Shown in pieces: positions 52,592-63,663 of a DNA stretch of 64,000 nt. Position numbers and translations under genes: made by a program. The notes below the pieces were generated by a model. That model did no database searches, was not told the DNA's origin, and saw only the letters and a program-made list of their open reading frames with translations. This DNA comes from Cyanophora paradoxa CCMP329 (Eukaryota > Plantae > Glaucophyta). The DNA lies in NCBI GenBank assembly GCA_004431415.1, contig QPMI01000137.1, positions 5,870-69,869 on the forward strand. The letters run 5' to 3'. Each line of letters opens with the position of its first letter. Position 1 is the first letter of the stretch.

Positions 52592-53392
52592 TGGTGTGAA
52601 TCTTGGTGTCGTACTCGCGACCGACCGTTTCCCAGGCCACGTAAACTTCGGCTCCGGCGCCTGGCGCTGTCGAGTTGGTAGTCGCAGTCGTGTAGTCCGC
52701 CTCTGCCTCAATTAGTTCGGCCATGAGGGTAGAGCCCACGACCATTCCAGAGGTAGGCATTCCGGCGATGTTGTTGTACAATTTGAAAGTGAATTTCGTG
52801 AAGAGGAGCCGGGGCCAGACCTGGGTACGGGGATTCGAGGCGCCGTATGAATAATCGGTACCCGAGGCGCCGCCCGTGGTGGCATTCGTCATCATCTCCT
52901 TTGCGGTCATCTTCCAGAGGTTGTACATCTCAAAGGGAACGGCCTGCGTGGTCTTGTGTGTGGCATCGATGAGGGCGCCATCTAAATGCGTTTTGATGTT
53001 CGGATTCGCACCATTCCCGAATTTGCGAGTGAGGGCGGTGTTAGCGGTGAACTTGAGTTCGAGCACGCGAATGGCGGGCCGATCAGGCACAGAGGGCTCT
53101 ATCTTTTTCAGGAGGCCCGAGAGCCAGAGCGCCTCCGCCTCATCCGCGCTCACGCCCGAGTCGATGTCAAAGTACACGTACACGGAGCAGGAGGCGGGAT
53201 TCTCGAAATCGTTGGAGGTGACGCGCAACATGACGGGATTCTGGACCCTCACGGTGAGCGGGGTGGCGTAGTTTCCGTCCCACTCCACCTTGTCCGTCCC
53301 TGCGTTGGCCACGTTCCCAGCGTTGCCGTAGAAATCGGGACGATCGAGCCGGCAGACACGGTCTTCACGATGGTGGCCGAGGTGGTCGGCAT
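52581..53392 (-). CDS. Beta-rich viral structural protein, paralog 2 (one frameshift near the start)
   Basis: Own promoter motif plus AAAATG at 53392; VQNPV..LSGLLKKI..RVLELKF..PRLLFTKFTFKLY..GSTLMAELIE aligns with the neighbouring gene. Confidence 0.65.
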
Positions 53393-53415
53393 TTTGCGAC
53401 CTCAAATGAGAAAGA

Positions 53416-54096
53416 TTATCCGTGAAAGAGGGTGATGTCGCCACCGATGTTCATGACGCGGGCCCCAGGCACAGAGTCAGCGTCGGTGCCGTACGCGTAG
53501 GAAATCGAGCACTCACGCAGCTCCGCGCAGAGGCTGGCGCCCGTGCTGAAGTGGGGCTGGTCGGCGGCGTAGGAGAGGGGGAAGACCTGGAACCTGAAAA
53601 AGGTGAAGGGGAAGCGGGGTAGAGTCGAGCCGCGTGGGTTGCCGCCCGTGTAGAGGGCCCCCAGGGTCGCGGGACTTGGATTGAATTTCGTGAAGAGCAC
53701 GTCGCCCTTGAGCGTACCCCTCATCTGGTAAGTTCCCGTACCCGGAAGATTCGAAGAACTGGGGTACCGGTTCACGGTGGGGCCGTACCCCGTCTCCCTG
53801 AACTTGACCTCGAGACAGCGCAAGACGTTGGCAGTGGCCGTGGCAGGTGCCACCTTTTTCACGAGTCCTGATTCGTGCAGCAGCTCGATAACCTCTGCGC
53901 TGAGGCTCAGAGGGTCGAAGAAGAGCTGGTAGGAATAAATCTTGGGCGTGGCGTAGGCGTTCTGAACGACCTGAATCACGACGGGATTCTGCAGAAAGAC
54001 GTCGACGTAACTGCCGGAGGGTATGCGTGCGAAATCCTTGGTGTTGTTGCCAACGTCAAGTGAGCCGCTGAGGGTCTGGTACCAGTTGGAAGTCAT
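53416..54096 (-). CDS. Beta-rich viral structural protein, paralog 1
   Basis: 226-aa ORF LQNPV..ESGLVKKV..RCLEVKF..PRFPFTFFRFQVF..GASLCAELRE. Confidence 0.7.
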   Translation of the reverse strand: MTSNWYQTLSGSLDVGNNTKDFARIPSGSYVDVFLQNPVVIQVVQNAYATPKIYSYQLFFDPLSLSAEVIELLHESGLVKKVAPATATANVLRCLEVKFRETGYGPTVNRYPSSSNLPGTGTYQMRGTLKGDVLFTKFNPSPATLGALYTGGNPRGSTLPRFPFTFFRFQVFPLSYAADQPHFSTGASLCAELRECSISYAYGTDADSVPGARVMNIGGDITLFHG

Positions 54097-54135
54097 TTAC
54101 CCCGGGGCAGATATTTTTTCGGATCGTAGAGGAAA

Positions 54136-56271
54136 ATGCCCCGCTTCGTATTCGTGAAAAAGCAGGTGGTGCAGGCTCCGCAGTATGGCGTGGAGCCGAT
54201 CTCGCTGACTGTGGGCAGGCCCCAGGTGCGATCGGGCTCCGTGCTCAACAACGGGAACAGTACGTACGGCTTTCAGCTGAACTGGGTCGCGGTCACCAAC
54301 GCCGTCAAGTACAAGGTGTACAGGGCGACCAGCATCAACGGCCCCTGGGATCTCGTGGCCACGGTGAATGCGCCAACCGTCACCTACACGGACTCTCCCT
54401 TTAGTTTGGGGCCCAGCGACTCTACCGCGTGGCGGCGGTTCGCGAACAGGGCAGCAGCAGCACGGGCTCTGATGGCAAAGCCCCGCCCACAACCTACGCA
54501 CAGTCGCTTCTCTACACCCACGAGGGTGCCATGAGCAATTACATTCTCTTCCAAGGCATAGGCGGCTTCAGCCCGCAGATCGAAGCCTACACCACGCTCA
54601 CGACCGCCACGGCCCAGACCTACGGCGATTTTATTGCCGGGGGCGGCCCCGCGTCTTCGGGCTTCCCGAAACCCGCCATAGTCGTCACAATCAACTGGGT
54701 GGCCATGGAGGGCGCGGACTCGATTCGAATTTACAGGAACGGTACGCCAATCGGATTTGCGAGCAGTGCCCTGTCTACCTCGTACATTGACGATAGCACT
54801 GCTCTTACGTGGGGCACGGAATACTCTTACCAGGTGGCCGGCATCGTGGGCGGTGTCGAATACGACAAGTCCGATCCGCTCCTGGTCTGGACTATGCCAA
54901 ACGCCCCCACGAACGTGACGGCATCAGCACCCAACGACCAGCAGCAGCCTGTCAGCCTCAGCTGGACTGCGTCCACGGGAGCGACGGGATACAAGATTTA
55001 CAGAGACGGGGCCTACCTCACAGACTCCGCGACCAACTCCTACAGCGACACGACCACCGTCTGGGGTACAGGGTACGAGTACCAGATCTCCGCGACGAAC
55101 ACGGGAGGGGAGGGGCCGAAGAGTATTGCGGCGTACGTCACCACGGACCCGGGGCGCCCACTGGGCTCACTGCAACCCCCGCGGCGGGGGCAGCACAGCC
55201 TGTTGTGCTCGAGTGGTCGGTGCCGGTGACGGGCGTCACCGTCTCCTACAACATCTACAGGGGTGGCGTGTTCCTTGCCAGCGACACGAGCAGCCCCTTT
55301 TCGGACACAACGACCGTTTACGGAACCACTTACACTTACACCATCAAGGGCGTCAACCAGATCGGCGAGGAAGGCCCTCAGTCCTCGTCTGCCAGTGCAA
55401 CAACTGCAAACGCTCCTGTTTTGGGTACATTCTCCTACACCGGGGCCGACCAGACTTTCGTAGTACCAACGGGGACTGTGGCTGTGCGTGTCATCGTATG
55501 GGCGGCCGGGGTGGAGGCGGAGAACGCGCAGGTACGGGGGTCCGTGGAGGCGCGGGTGCTTGCGTAGTTGGTACATTGGCTGTGTCCTCGGGGGAGACGC
55601 TCATCCTTGTTGTTGGATGCGGCGGCCCAAAGGGTGTATCGGGGACTGCCACTGCTACCGTCTACGGAGGTGGTGGAAGGGGCTGGAGCCATAGCGTCGA
55701 TCCGGAGTACAAAAACGGCGCGGTGGTGGTCGTTCTGCAATTCAGCGCGTTGCAGGGACCGACTTGGTTGTTGCAGGGGCCGGAGGTGGGGGTACATGTG
55801 ATTCGAATGGCGGCGGGGAGTAGGCGGGGGTTGACCGGTGGTGCGGCTGGGTTGGTTGGAGTAACCGGAGAGATACCGGCTCAAGGAGGCACCCAAACCG
55901 CTGGCGGAGCCGGTGTTGTGGCCTCAGGGGCCAGGCCCAGCAACCCGGGAACTTTGCGCCAAGGTGGAGAGACTGGGCCTGATTCAAGCGGCTACAGGTT
56001 CGGTGGTGGTGGTGGTGGTGGTTACTTCGGTGGAGGCTCTGGGTCCAGCAGGAGCGGAGTGTCAGAGAACCCAATAGCAAGAATGTTTGGAGGTGGCGGT
56101 GGCTCGAGCTACATAGGAAACTTGACGGATGCTACGGTGTATCCTGGGTCCGGCCAGGTGGCAGGAAATAGCGGAGACGCTCACTACGCAGCAGGCATTG
56201 GTAGGGGCGGCAACGGTGGCTCGTCTTTCAGCGACGGTGGCAACGGTCGAATTGTGATACTCGCGGTGTAG
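54136..56271 (+). CDS. Fibronectin-III repeat plus glycine-rich-domain virion surface protein (frameshifted across 4 ORFs)
   Basis: About 4 FN3 repeats (LSWTASTGATGYKIYRDG..YSDTT..YEYQISATN..GEGPKS), then FSYTGADQTFVVPTG..VWGAGG..GGGGGGYFGGGSG..GGGGSSY..GGNGRIVI. Confidence 0.85.
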
Positions 56272-56291
56272 TTATTCCTAGTTGTTCCAGA

Positions 56292-57351
56292 TCAGCTCGC
56301 CAGTGCCGCTACCTGGTCTTTGAGAGTTTGAACTTCTTGTGAAAGTTCCTGAATTGCCTTCAACGACAGGGAAATGAGCCTGTCGTAGTTTACCCCGAGA
56401 AATCCATCCGCGTTCTCGAAAACGAGACTCGGGAAGACGCCTTGGACTTCCTGTGCGATGAGACCGTAATCCGTTTTCGAACCCCCCGAGGATGTGTTCT
56501 TCCAGGTGAACGACACGGGATTCAGCTGCAGCAGAAGAGGGAGAATGCCCGACATGCTCGCGACATTTTCTTTCAGGCGGCTATCGCTCGACGAGTTTGT
56601 CAGGTATCCTTGAGCATCCGAATAAACGGCTCGGTTTCCATCGCCCGTGAGCGTCGAGACGATGAGCCGACCCGTGATGCCAACGCCGACGGTTCCGCAC
56701 AGCAGTCGTTCGTGCCGTTGTTTCTCAAGGATAGACCAGAGCTGACGCTTCCGCTATCAACGATTGAAGTGTTTGCTATGCTTAGGCCATTAGTAGGGCC
56801 TTCGATTGCCGAGGTAAATAGAGTACCTGTAACACCAACGCCAAGAGTCCCACAGAGGAGTCTATCGTTTTCGTTGTACTTTATAGCTACGCCTGAACCA
56901 CCGCCATTTATGTACGGTGACGTTCCGGTAATTTGCAGCTTATCGTCCAATGTAACGATGCCCGCCAAGTTTGAAGCCCCGCTCACCCTAAGCCCCCCCA
57001 CCACGTTTGCTCCGCCTCCTTGCACATACAGAGCCGCATTCCCTCCCCGTTCACAGTCCCATTAAAGGTCACCTGATTCGTGGTGTACCCGCTCCCGTCC
57101 CAGGCCCCGTTCGTGACGGTGAGCCTCTGCGTCCTCACGCGCCCCGGCACGGCCGACCCGCCCTCCCGCGTGCGCATCTTGTCGCAGCGCAGCTCGCCGA
57201 CGCGGACGAGGTCGGCCTCGGAAAAGGGGACGGCCGTGGCGTTGTAGGGGGCCTCGGTGGCCTGGTTTCCGAGGGTGGTCTCCTTAATCGTGTGATCGCC
57301 CTTGTGATTCACGCTGGCAGCATAGGTAAATAGAGGGACAGCGACCGACAT
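56292..57351 (-). CDS. Trimeric fibre protein with C-terminal peptidase S74 intramolecular chaperone (frameshifted)
   Basis: SSDSRLKENV..LLQLNPVSFTWK..YGLIAQEVQGVFPSLV..GVNYDRLISLSLKAIQEL. Confidence 0.9.
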
Positions 57352-57375
57352 TTTTGGATTGCATCAGAAAATCGA

Positions 57376-60300
57376 TTACATAAGCAGCTTGCCGATCGCG
57401 GTCCAATGAATAAAAAGCTGGACAATTTGGGTGGGCGTGACCGTCATTCTGGGTTGGAATCTCACTTTAACTGTAAAGCCAGTGTGACTCACCGCCGTGA
57501 CGTTGGCCCCGTAGAAATCGACATCCGTGCTGCCGCCGGGATTGATGTCGAACGAGGGGTTACGTTAATAACCGGCGTTGGGTTTGCTGGGGTCCCCAGT
57601 CCGCCTCCAGTGTCGTACGCCTGTCCGAATGTAATGTTGAACGTCACCGTGTATGTTGAATTGATGTTAAACTCCGTGTACGCAGCGTAGGAGTGGAAGG
57701 ACGTGCCGTGCGTTATGTACGCATCCATGTTCACGTTTCTGTGCCCGTGGCTGGTGAGCGAGTACTCTGTGTGACTGTGCGTAGAGGGTGGGAAGGAAGT
57801 GGGTCGGTCGATGACATTATCCCAGTACACATTGTGACTGTGTGTAGAGGGGGGGAAGGTAAGTGGCTTGCCCGTTACGTTGTCCCAATCCACGGAGATG
57901 TTCGTCAAGTCCGGGGCCGTCCAGTCGCTGATCTGAGAGATGGTGTGCTGGTGGTCTGCGTGGGATACGTACTCGGCTTCCCCGTGATGCTATCCCACGC
58001 CCACGTTGTTGGTATCACGGGTATCGTCGGCCTCCCGCTGAGATCTGCATACGCCCCCGTGTGTGCCACCGTCGCCAGCTGCGGCACGGCAACGCCCACG
58101 GTGCTCACGGCCTGGCTCGCCCCCGGCGCCATGTGCCACTCGTAGTTCTGCGATGCAAACACGGGCTGGCCTGGCTCGGGCGCCCAGTACTCGATGCCTT
58201 TGGCGATCTTCTTGGTGTATGGTGCTGCAGGCCTGTCAACCAATTTATCGACGTAGGCCTTGGGTACCAGCCAGTTTGCCTTGGGGCTCTGCGAATTGAT
58301 CCCGTTGTCTATGAAGGCCCCGTAATTCCTGAAGGCCTCGGCCTCCCACCAATCCTGCATGCGGAAGGTCCCGGGAATCTCGAGGCGCGAGTTGGCGTCC
58401 GCCAGGCGGGCCACCTGCGCCCCTCCGTTCGACGAGACGCCCGAGTGACGGATGGCCGAGCCGAATTCGCGCCTTAGGGCTTCGATGTGATTGATCCTGT
58501 TGAGGCCCTCCTGGTAGACGGCAATTAAGACGCGCTTCCTCCCCTTGGTCTCCTCCTTCACCATCTGCTTTAAATCGCGCATCAGCCGACTCAGGCGAGC
58601 GAGGTCGACCCGAATCCCTCCTGCATTTTAACGGTGAGCTGGGAGAGGAAGAGCACGGTTGCGCGATCGATTTCGAGCAGCGTCTTCTGGTCCTTGGGGG
58701 TACGGTAATCGTTGATGCTGTTGTCGAGCGCGCGAATGAAGGCCTGCAGCTCCTTCGGCTCCTTTATTTCGTTTAACCGCAGCTCCTGGGCCAAGAGCGA
58801 GGCCATTTCGCGCGCCTCCGAGGGGTCGTACACACCCAAAAATCCGGAGCCCAGCTCGCCCTCCAGCCGATTAATTCGGTTGCGCAGCTGGCTCGCCTCG
58901 TCGCCCCACGTCTCGACGCCCCAGTCGTAGATCTGCTGCGATAGCTGCGCGATGAACTGGATGGTGTCGGCCGCCCAGTCAACGGGGTACTTGAAAAAGT
59001 TCTTCACGATCTCTTCCGCGCTGCGCCCGTTGATGATGTCCACGATCACCTGCGCGATGGCGCCCGCGAGGATGGACAGGCCAAGTCCGCCCACCGTGCC
59101 GATCCTCATTTTCGTGAGGGCGCTCAGGGCGGACGACATGCCCGTCTGCAGCCAAAGGAGCCGACCGTCATGATCATCTGATCGCGGAACGTATCGAAGA
59201 ACTCGGCCTCCCCTATCTTGCCCTGCGAGAGCGCCTGGTAGGCCGAGAGCAGGCCGCCCGCCGTCGCCAGCCCAAGGCCGGCCGCCGCCGCGCCCGCCCG
59301 CCGCATGGCCCGCGAGCCCGTACCCCCAGCCCGGCGCCCACCAAGTCGATGCCCGCCCCCTGAAATAAATCGGCTGCCCCGAAAGACATGCCGTCGTTGT
59401 TCGCCGTACCCATCGCGGAGAAGAGGGTCTCTGCGCTGAAGGCCTCCTTGGCCACCCCGGGCCGCCTGGCCCTCGGGCGCCCCAGGAAGGCGTCGCGCTG
59501 CTCTTTGGTGGTGAATCGCTCGAGGTCGAAATCGCAAGGCGTCGGCGTGGCGCGGTTCCAGTCGCCGTAGGGCATGAGGGCGTTGCGCAGAATAACGTCC
59601 GAGTCGCCCATCACGCGCCTGTCGAGCGTCTGAAATACGCCCTCGGAGGGCAGGCGAGCCGTGCCCGGGCGCATTTCCTCTACGGAAACGTCGTCCCTTT
59701 CCGCGAGGGTGATGTCGTCCGGGCTGGCCGAGCCCACGCCCGCGCCCTCGTCGGCGTAGGCCTTCCCTCCTTTTTAACAGTTGATTGGCCTCCCGTTTCA
59801 ATGCTTGGTACTCTGTCTCTACCTTGGTCTTTCTGCCTCTTCCTCTGCCGCCTTGCGCTCTGCGATCTTCCGCCTCTGCTCTTCTATCTCGGCGTTGCGT
59901 CTCGCCGCGTTCTCCTTGGCTTGCTGCTTCCGCTCTTCGATACCCTGTTTGCGTACTCCTTGTCCGCTTGGGCCTTTCTGTAGCGCTCCTCGATCTGACT
60001 CTTGGCCTCGTCTCCTCTTTCCTTAGATCGCCCATGAATGCCGTCGTATCTATGTGAATCTTGTATTGGCGGTGGGTGCTCACGTTTGAAGGCCTCCAGA
60101 TCGCGCACCATGGCATCGTACTGCGCGAGCCCCTCCGCTGGAATGATGGCTCTTCGCATTTCCAAAATTTGCTCAGCTTGCCCACGTAATCGACCATGGA
60201 GAGGTACGCGCTCTGTGCGCCCGCGCTCACCGTTTTCGGATTGGCTCGCAGCTCTGCCAAAAACTCCCCCTTTTGTATCCGGTACAGTGACCATTCGAGG

Positions 60301-62459
60301 GCTCCCCGCCACAGGCTCGCTTCCGTCCGCAGTTCTCTGTGCATCTCCTCCACGTCGCCGTATGCTATCCAGATGGCATCGCTGATGGGCCTCTGAACAG
60401 CCTGACGCTCAAAGTTTTTCCACTTCTCATCGGCCATCTTTCTCCTCAGTTCTCGGCGTCTTTCTGACCCCTTCCCGTCAGCTGATCCATAACGTAGCTA
60501 AAGTCGCGCATGTTCTCTTCCATGGCGCGGAGCCTGTCCCCGAGCATTTCCTTCTTCAGTCTTTTGAGCTCCGAGCGGTAAAAATCCATCTGCGCCCCCC
60601 TGAAGTCTCAGTCGTCGCTTACGCTCCGCTACCTTCGGCTCCTCCAGCCGTGCAAATTCCTCGTCTGATGCAGTTTGCATTGCCTTCAGTCGTTCCTCTT
60701 CTGTCTTGGCAGCTGCCTCCTCGTCCGCCCTGCGCGCTGCTCTAACGCGTCGAAGAGGGCCCTCTGATCCTCGAGCGTGAGGCCAATGAGCTCTTCCACC
60801 TGGTCGCTCCTACCCAGCCGCGCGAAGGGCAGCCTCTCGGCGGCCGGCCTTGGATCGGGCCTTGGCGTCGTCTGCGTCTCCATTGTGCCCCTTGGCACAG
60901 CCGTCCCTATCCTCTGCAGCTCGGCCGTCAGCGTTTCACTTGCTGCTCTAGGTTGAATCGTATGGTGGATGCGAGCCCCTCTGCCTTCTGCCTCTCCTGT
61001 TCTCGCAGTTCGAGCTGCCTTAAATCCTCCTTTGCTTTTCTGGCTTGCTCCTCCGCTGCTTTCGCTCATCGTCCAGCATCTTTGTGCCCTCTTCGACCTC
61101 GTTTGCTATGTTGACCTTGTTTGCTATTTCCATGTCCAGTTTCTCCAGCTCGGTCCTTGCCTGCTCCTTTGCCTCCCTTATCGCGTTTTCCACGATCCTA
61201 TCGGCCTCTCTCTTCCGGATCTCGGCTTTCTCCTCGGCCTCAGGGATTTCTCAATTCTATCGCTCGCCTCTTTCAAATCGTCCGCTATCTTTTTCTCGGC
61301 CGCTGTCCTCATTTCGTTAAATTGCCGCTCCTTGTCTTCAGCTCCTCTGCCAGTATTCTCACCTGCTCGTCTGAGTAAACGATCGTTTTGTTATCTTTCT
61401 GCAGCTCTGCAATGTCCCTTTCGTACGCCTTCCGATCCCTGTAGTACTTTGCACCGCCTGCAATCAGGGCCGCGCCGAAGATTCCCGTTGTTTGTACAAG
61501 GATCGGCACGAGCGTACCCCCTCCGCCGCTCTCTCCGCCCGAGCCGCCGCCACCCGAGCCGCTGCTTACCCCCGCCCCCTCCCACGGGCGTGCCACTGGA
61601 GCCCCCTCCGCCCCCCGTGCTGTACCCCCACCCCCGGTGCCTGTACCCCCACCCCGGTGCCTGTACCCCCACCTCCCGTGCTTCCGCCGCCCGTACCCCC
61701 ACCCGGAATCGCGCCCGGCACCTTGGGCCCGCCGATGATGTCGTCGTACAGGTGGCGGTGCGCCCAGTCCGTGATGTCGGCCTTCACATGCGGGTGCTTG
61801 ACGAGGGCGTACCTCTCGTCGTGGAAGTGGTCCTTCAGCGCCCAGTTCTGCGTCTTCGCCCAGTCTGAGCGATCGGGGAGCACGTCGGGTGCCGTTGGGA
61901 TGCGGCCCCCGCCCGTCGTCTCCGGCGTCTCGCCCGTCCTGTCGGCGCTCAGGGCGCGGATGTTCACCTTGAAGTGGTCGAACCACGCGAAAAACTCCTC
62001 CCTGTCGCGCCTGTACTGCTCGGGCTCCATGCTCGGCAGCGCCTGGCGGCTCCAGTAGATGTGGCGCAGGGGGCCCGCGATGCGCTCGAGTGCGTTGTAC
62101 CCGGGCCTCACGTCCCCCTCTGCGCCCTTTAGAGTCAGTTTCACGAGGTTCAGGGTGGCGTCTTTCGCTGTAACGGAGTTTGCGATTTTCACGTCGGCCG
62201 CCCTCTTAATAATGTTCCAGTCCACGCCCGTCTCGGTCGTGACGCCCCAGAGCCCCTTGATAATTGCGGTGAGGTCACCGTAATCGTCCAAGGTACCGAC
62301 GGACGTCAGGAAATCGCTGTAGGTCGCGCCCTTGCGCAGCCTTATCTCGTCCGCGTAAATTCCCCTCACGCTCAGGCTCCCGTCTATCGCGAAGGCGCCG
62401 TTCAGCACCTCGTCCGGATTCGGGATGGCCATGCGCCAGGGGTCGTCGAGCATCGACAT
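57376..62459 (-). CDS. Probable single giant virion protein (~1,690 aa): fibre-like N-terminus, coiled-coil middle, tail-fibre repeats, lectin-like C-terminus; many frameshifts
   Basis: Chain of overlapping minus-strand ORFs with no promoter motif in between; HFHDERY/HPHVKADITD, WDSITGKPSTYP, WDNVTGKPLTFPPSTHSH, terminal TGFTVKV..IHWTAIG. Confidence 0.6.
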
Positions 62460-62484
62460 TTTATCCGCGAGAGAGAAAAATTAA

Positions 62485-62959
62485 CTAATGCTCCGCGTCC
62501 CACGTCCACTTCAGCTTGCCGCTCACCTCGCCCGTTGTCCAACGGCCCACGGGCACCTGCCAGAAAACGTCGGCGTAGGGGTAATCGGGCCTGATAGTGA
62601 TCTGCTCGTCACGCAGCCAGCGGTAGGCCTCGGAGGCGTCGCGTATTTTCGGCTCCCAGTATTCCCCGCCCGTGCCGTTCGGCAGCGAGTACCCCTCCCT
62701 TGCTACCCGTACCCTGTAAACGTGCTCGCCCGTTAGCGTGTCTACCCCCCTGTACTCGAATTCTACGATTAAGGCCAAGTCCTGCCATGCGCTCTCGCCG
62801 AGACGGATGTGACTGAGGCTGTGCAGCAGCCCGTATTTAATTGGACCAGAGGCGGTTACAAGATCGACTCTGTAAGTGAGGGCGAGGGTAGCCAGGCACG
62901 CCCGTAAAGGTGCGCGTCTTGACGCCCGAGCCCTTCCGCGGAAATATGATCAGGCGCAT
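62485..62959 (-). CDS. Viral hypothetical protein (frameshifted)
   Basis: Promoter motif plus TAAATG at 62959; continues into ORF 62485-62778. Confidence 0.5.
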
Positions 62960-62979
62960 TTAAGGGGGCCTGCGAAAAT

Positions 62980-63429
62980 CTATTTCGCAAAGGCCCAGAG
63001 GCCGAAGTTCTTGACGATGAAGGCGTTGTTCTTCTTGGTGGCGCCCGTGATGTCGGTGAAGCGCACGCGCAGCTCCTGGAACTTGTCGTACGCGACGTAG
63101 TTCGGGCGCACGGCCATGGGCACCTCGAACCAGTAGAGGATGGTGTTCTCGAGGCCGTCGTGGCCCCACGTCGGGATCACGACCTTGTTGATGCACGTGT
63201 TGACGTTCGAGATGGTCGTGACGTTCAAGTCGGGCACGTCCATCAGCAGAACGTTGACGGTTTTCGCGGCGGTGGGGTCCGGAATCGCGGTCGTGTCCAG
63301 CTCCAGGTAGACGCCCTTGATCTGCAGCGTGTCGATGTCGGCGGGGATCTGGTTCAGCCTGAGGCGCCAGAAGCCCTCGGAATCCTGCGTCTCTCCGTTC
63401 GACTGGACGTAGAGGTTGACGCAGGACAT
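62980..63429 (-). CDS. Minor capsid (penton-like single jelly-roll) protein
   Basis: 149-aa all-beta pattern: VNLYVQS, FWRLRL, LQIKGVYL, VLLMDVPDL, C-terminal FQELRVRFTDITG like the penton 'l.i.f.D..G' strand. Confidence 0.62.
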   Translation of the reverse strand: MSCVNLYVQSNGETQDSEGFWRLRLNQIPADIDTLQIKGVYLELDTTAIPDPTAAKTVNVLLMDVPDLNVTTISNVNTCINKVVIPTWGHDGLENTILYWFEVPMAVRPNYVAYDKFQELRVRFTDITGATKKNNAFIVKNFGLWAFAK

Positions 63430-63452
63430 TATTTAGGAAGGGGCCTGAGAAA

Positions 63453-63641
63453 TTATGCCTTCCTCAGGCCGTTGAGGAGGTAGGGCCCCACGAAGTAGTA
63501 GCCCGCGAACTGCGCGGCGAGGATCCGCACGAGGTAGTAGCGCGCGGGCGACATGTAGGCGACCGCGCCGAGGGTCAGCAGGCTGCCCAGGTAGCGGGAA
63601 TCGCTGGTGATATCATCGAGGCTCGGGAGCATGGACGACAT
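63453..63641 (-). CDS. Small hydrophobic viral membrane protein (62 aa, two hydrophobic segments)
   Basis: YLGSLLTLGAVAYM and LVRILAAQFAGYYFVGPYLL; own promoter motif. Confidence 0.6.
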   Translation of the reverse strand: MSSMLPSLDDITSDSRYLGSLLTLGAVAYMSPARYYLVRILAAQFAGYYFVGPYLLNGLRKA

Positions 63642-63663
63642 TGTTAAGGGCCCATTCAGAAAT

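Noticed and set aside
54136-58582. Bacterial prophage or contaminant contig
   Set aside because: Starts have an A-rich AAAATG context without consistent Shine-Dalgarno sites, a penton-like gene is present, no terminase or portal is seen, and the segment is contiguous with intron-rich genes. The junction still needs read confirmation.
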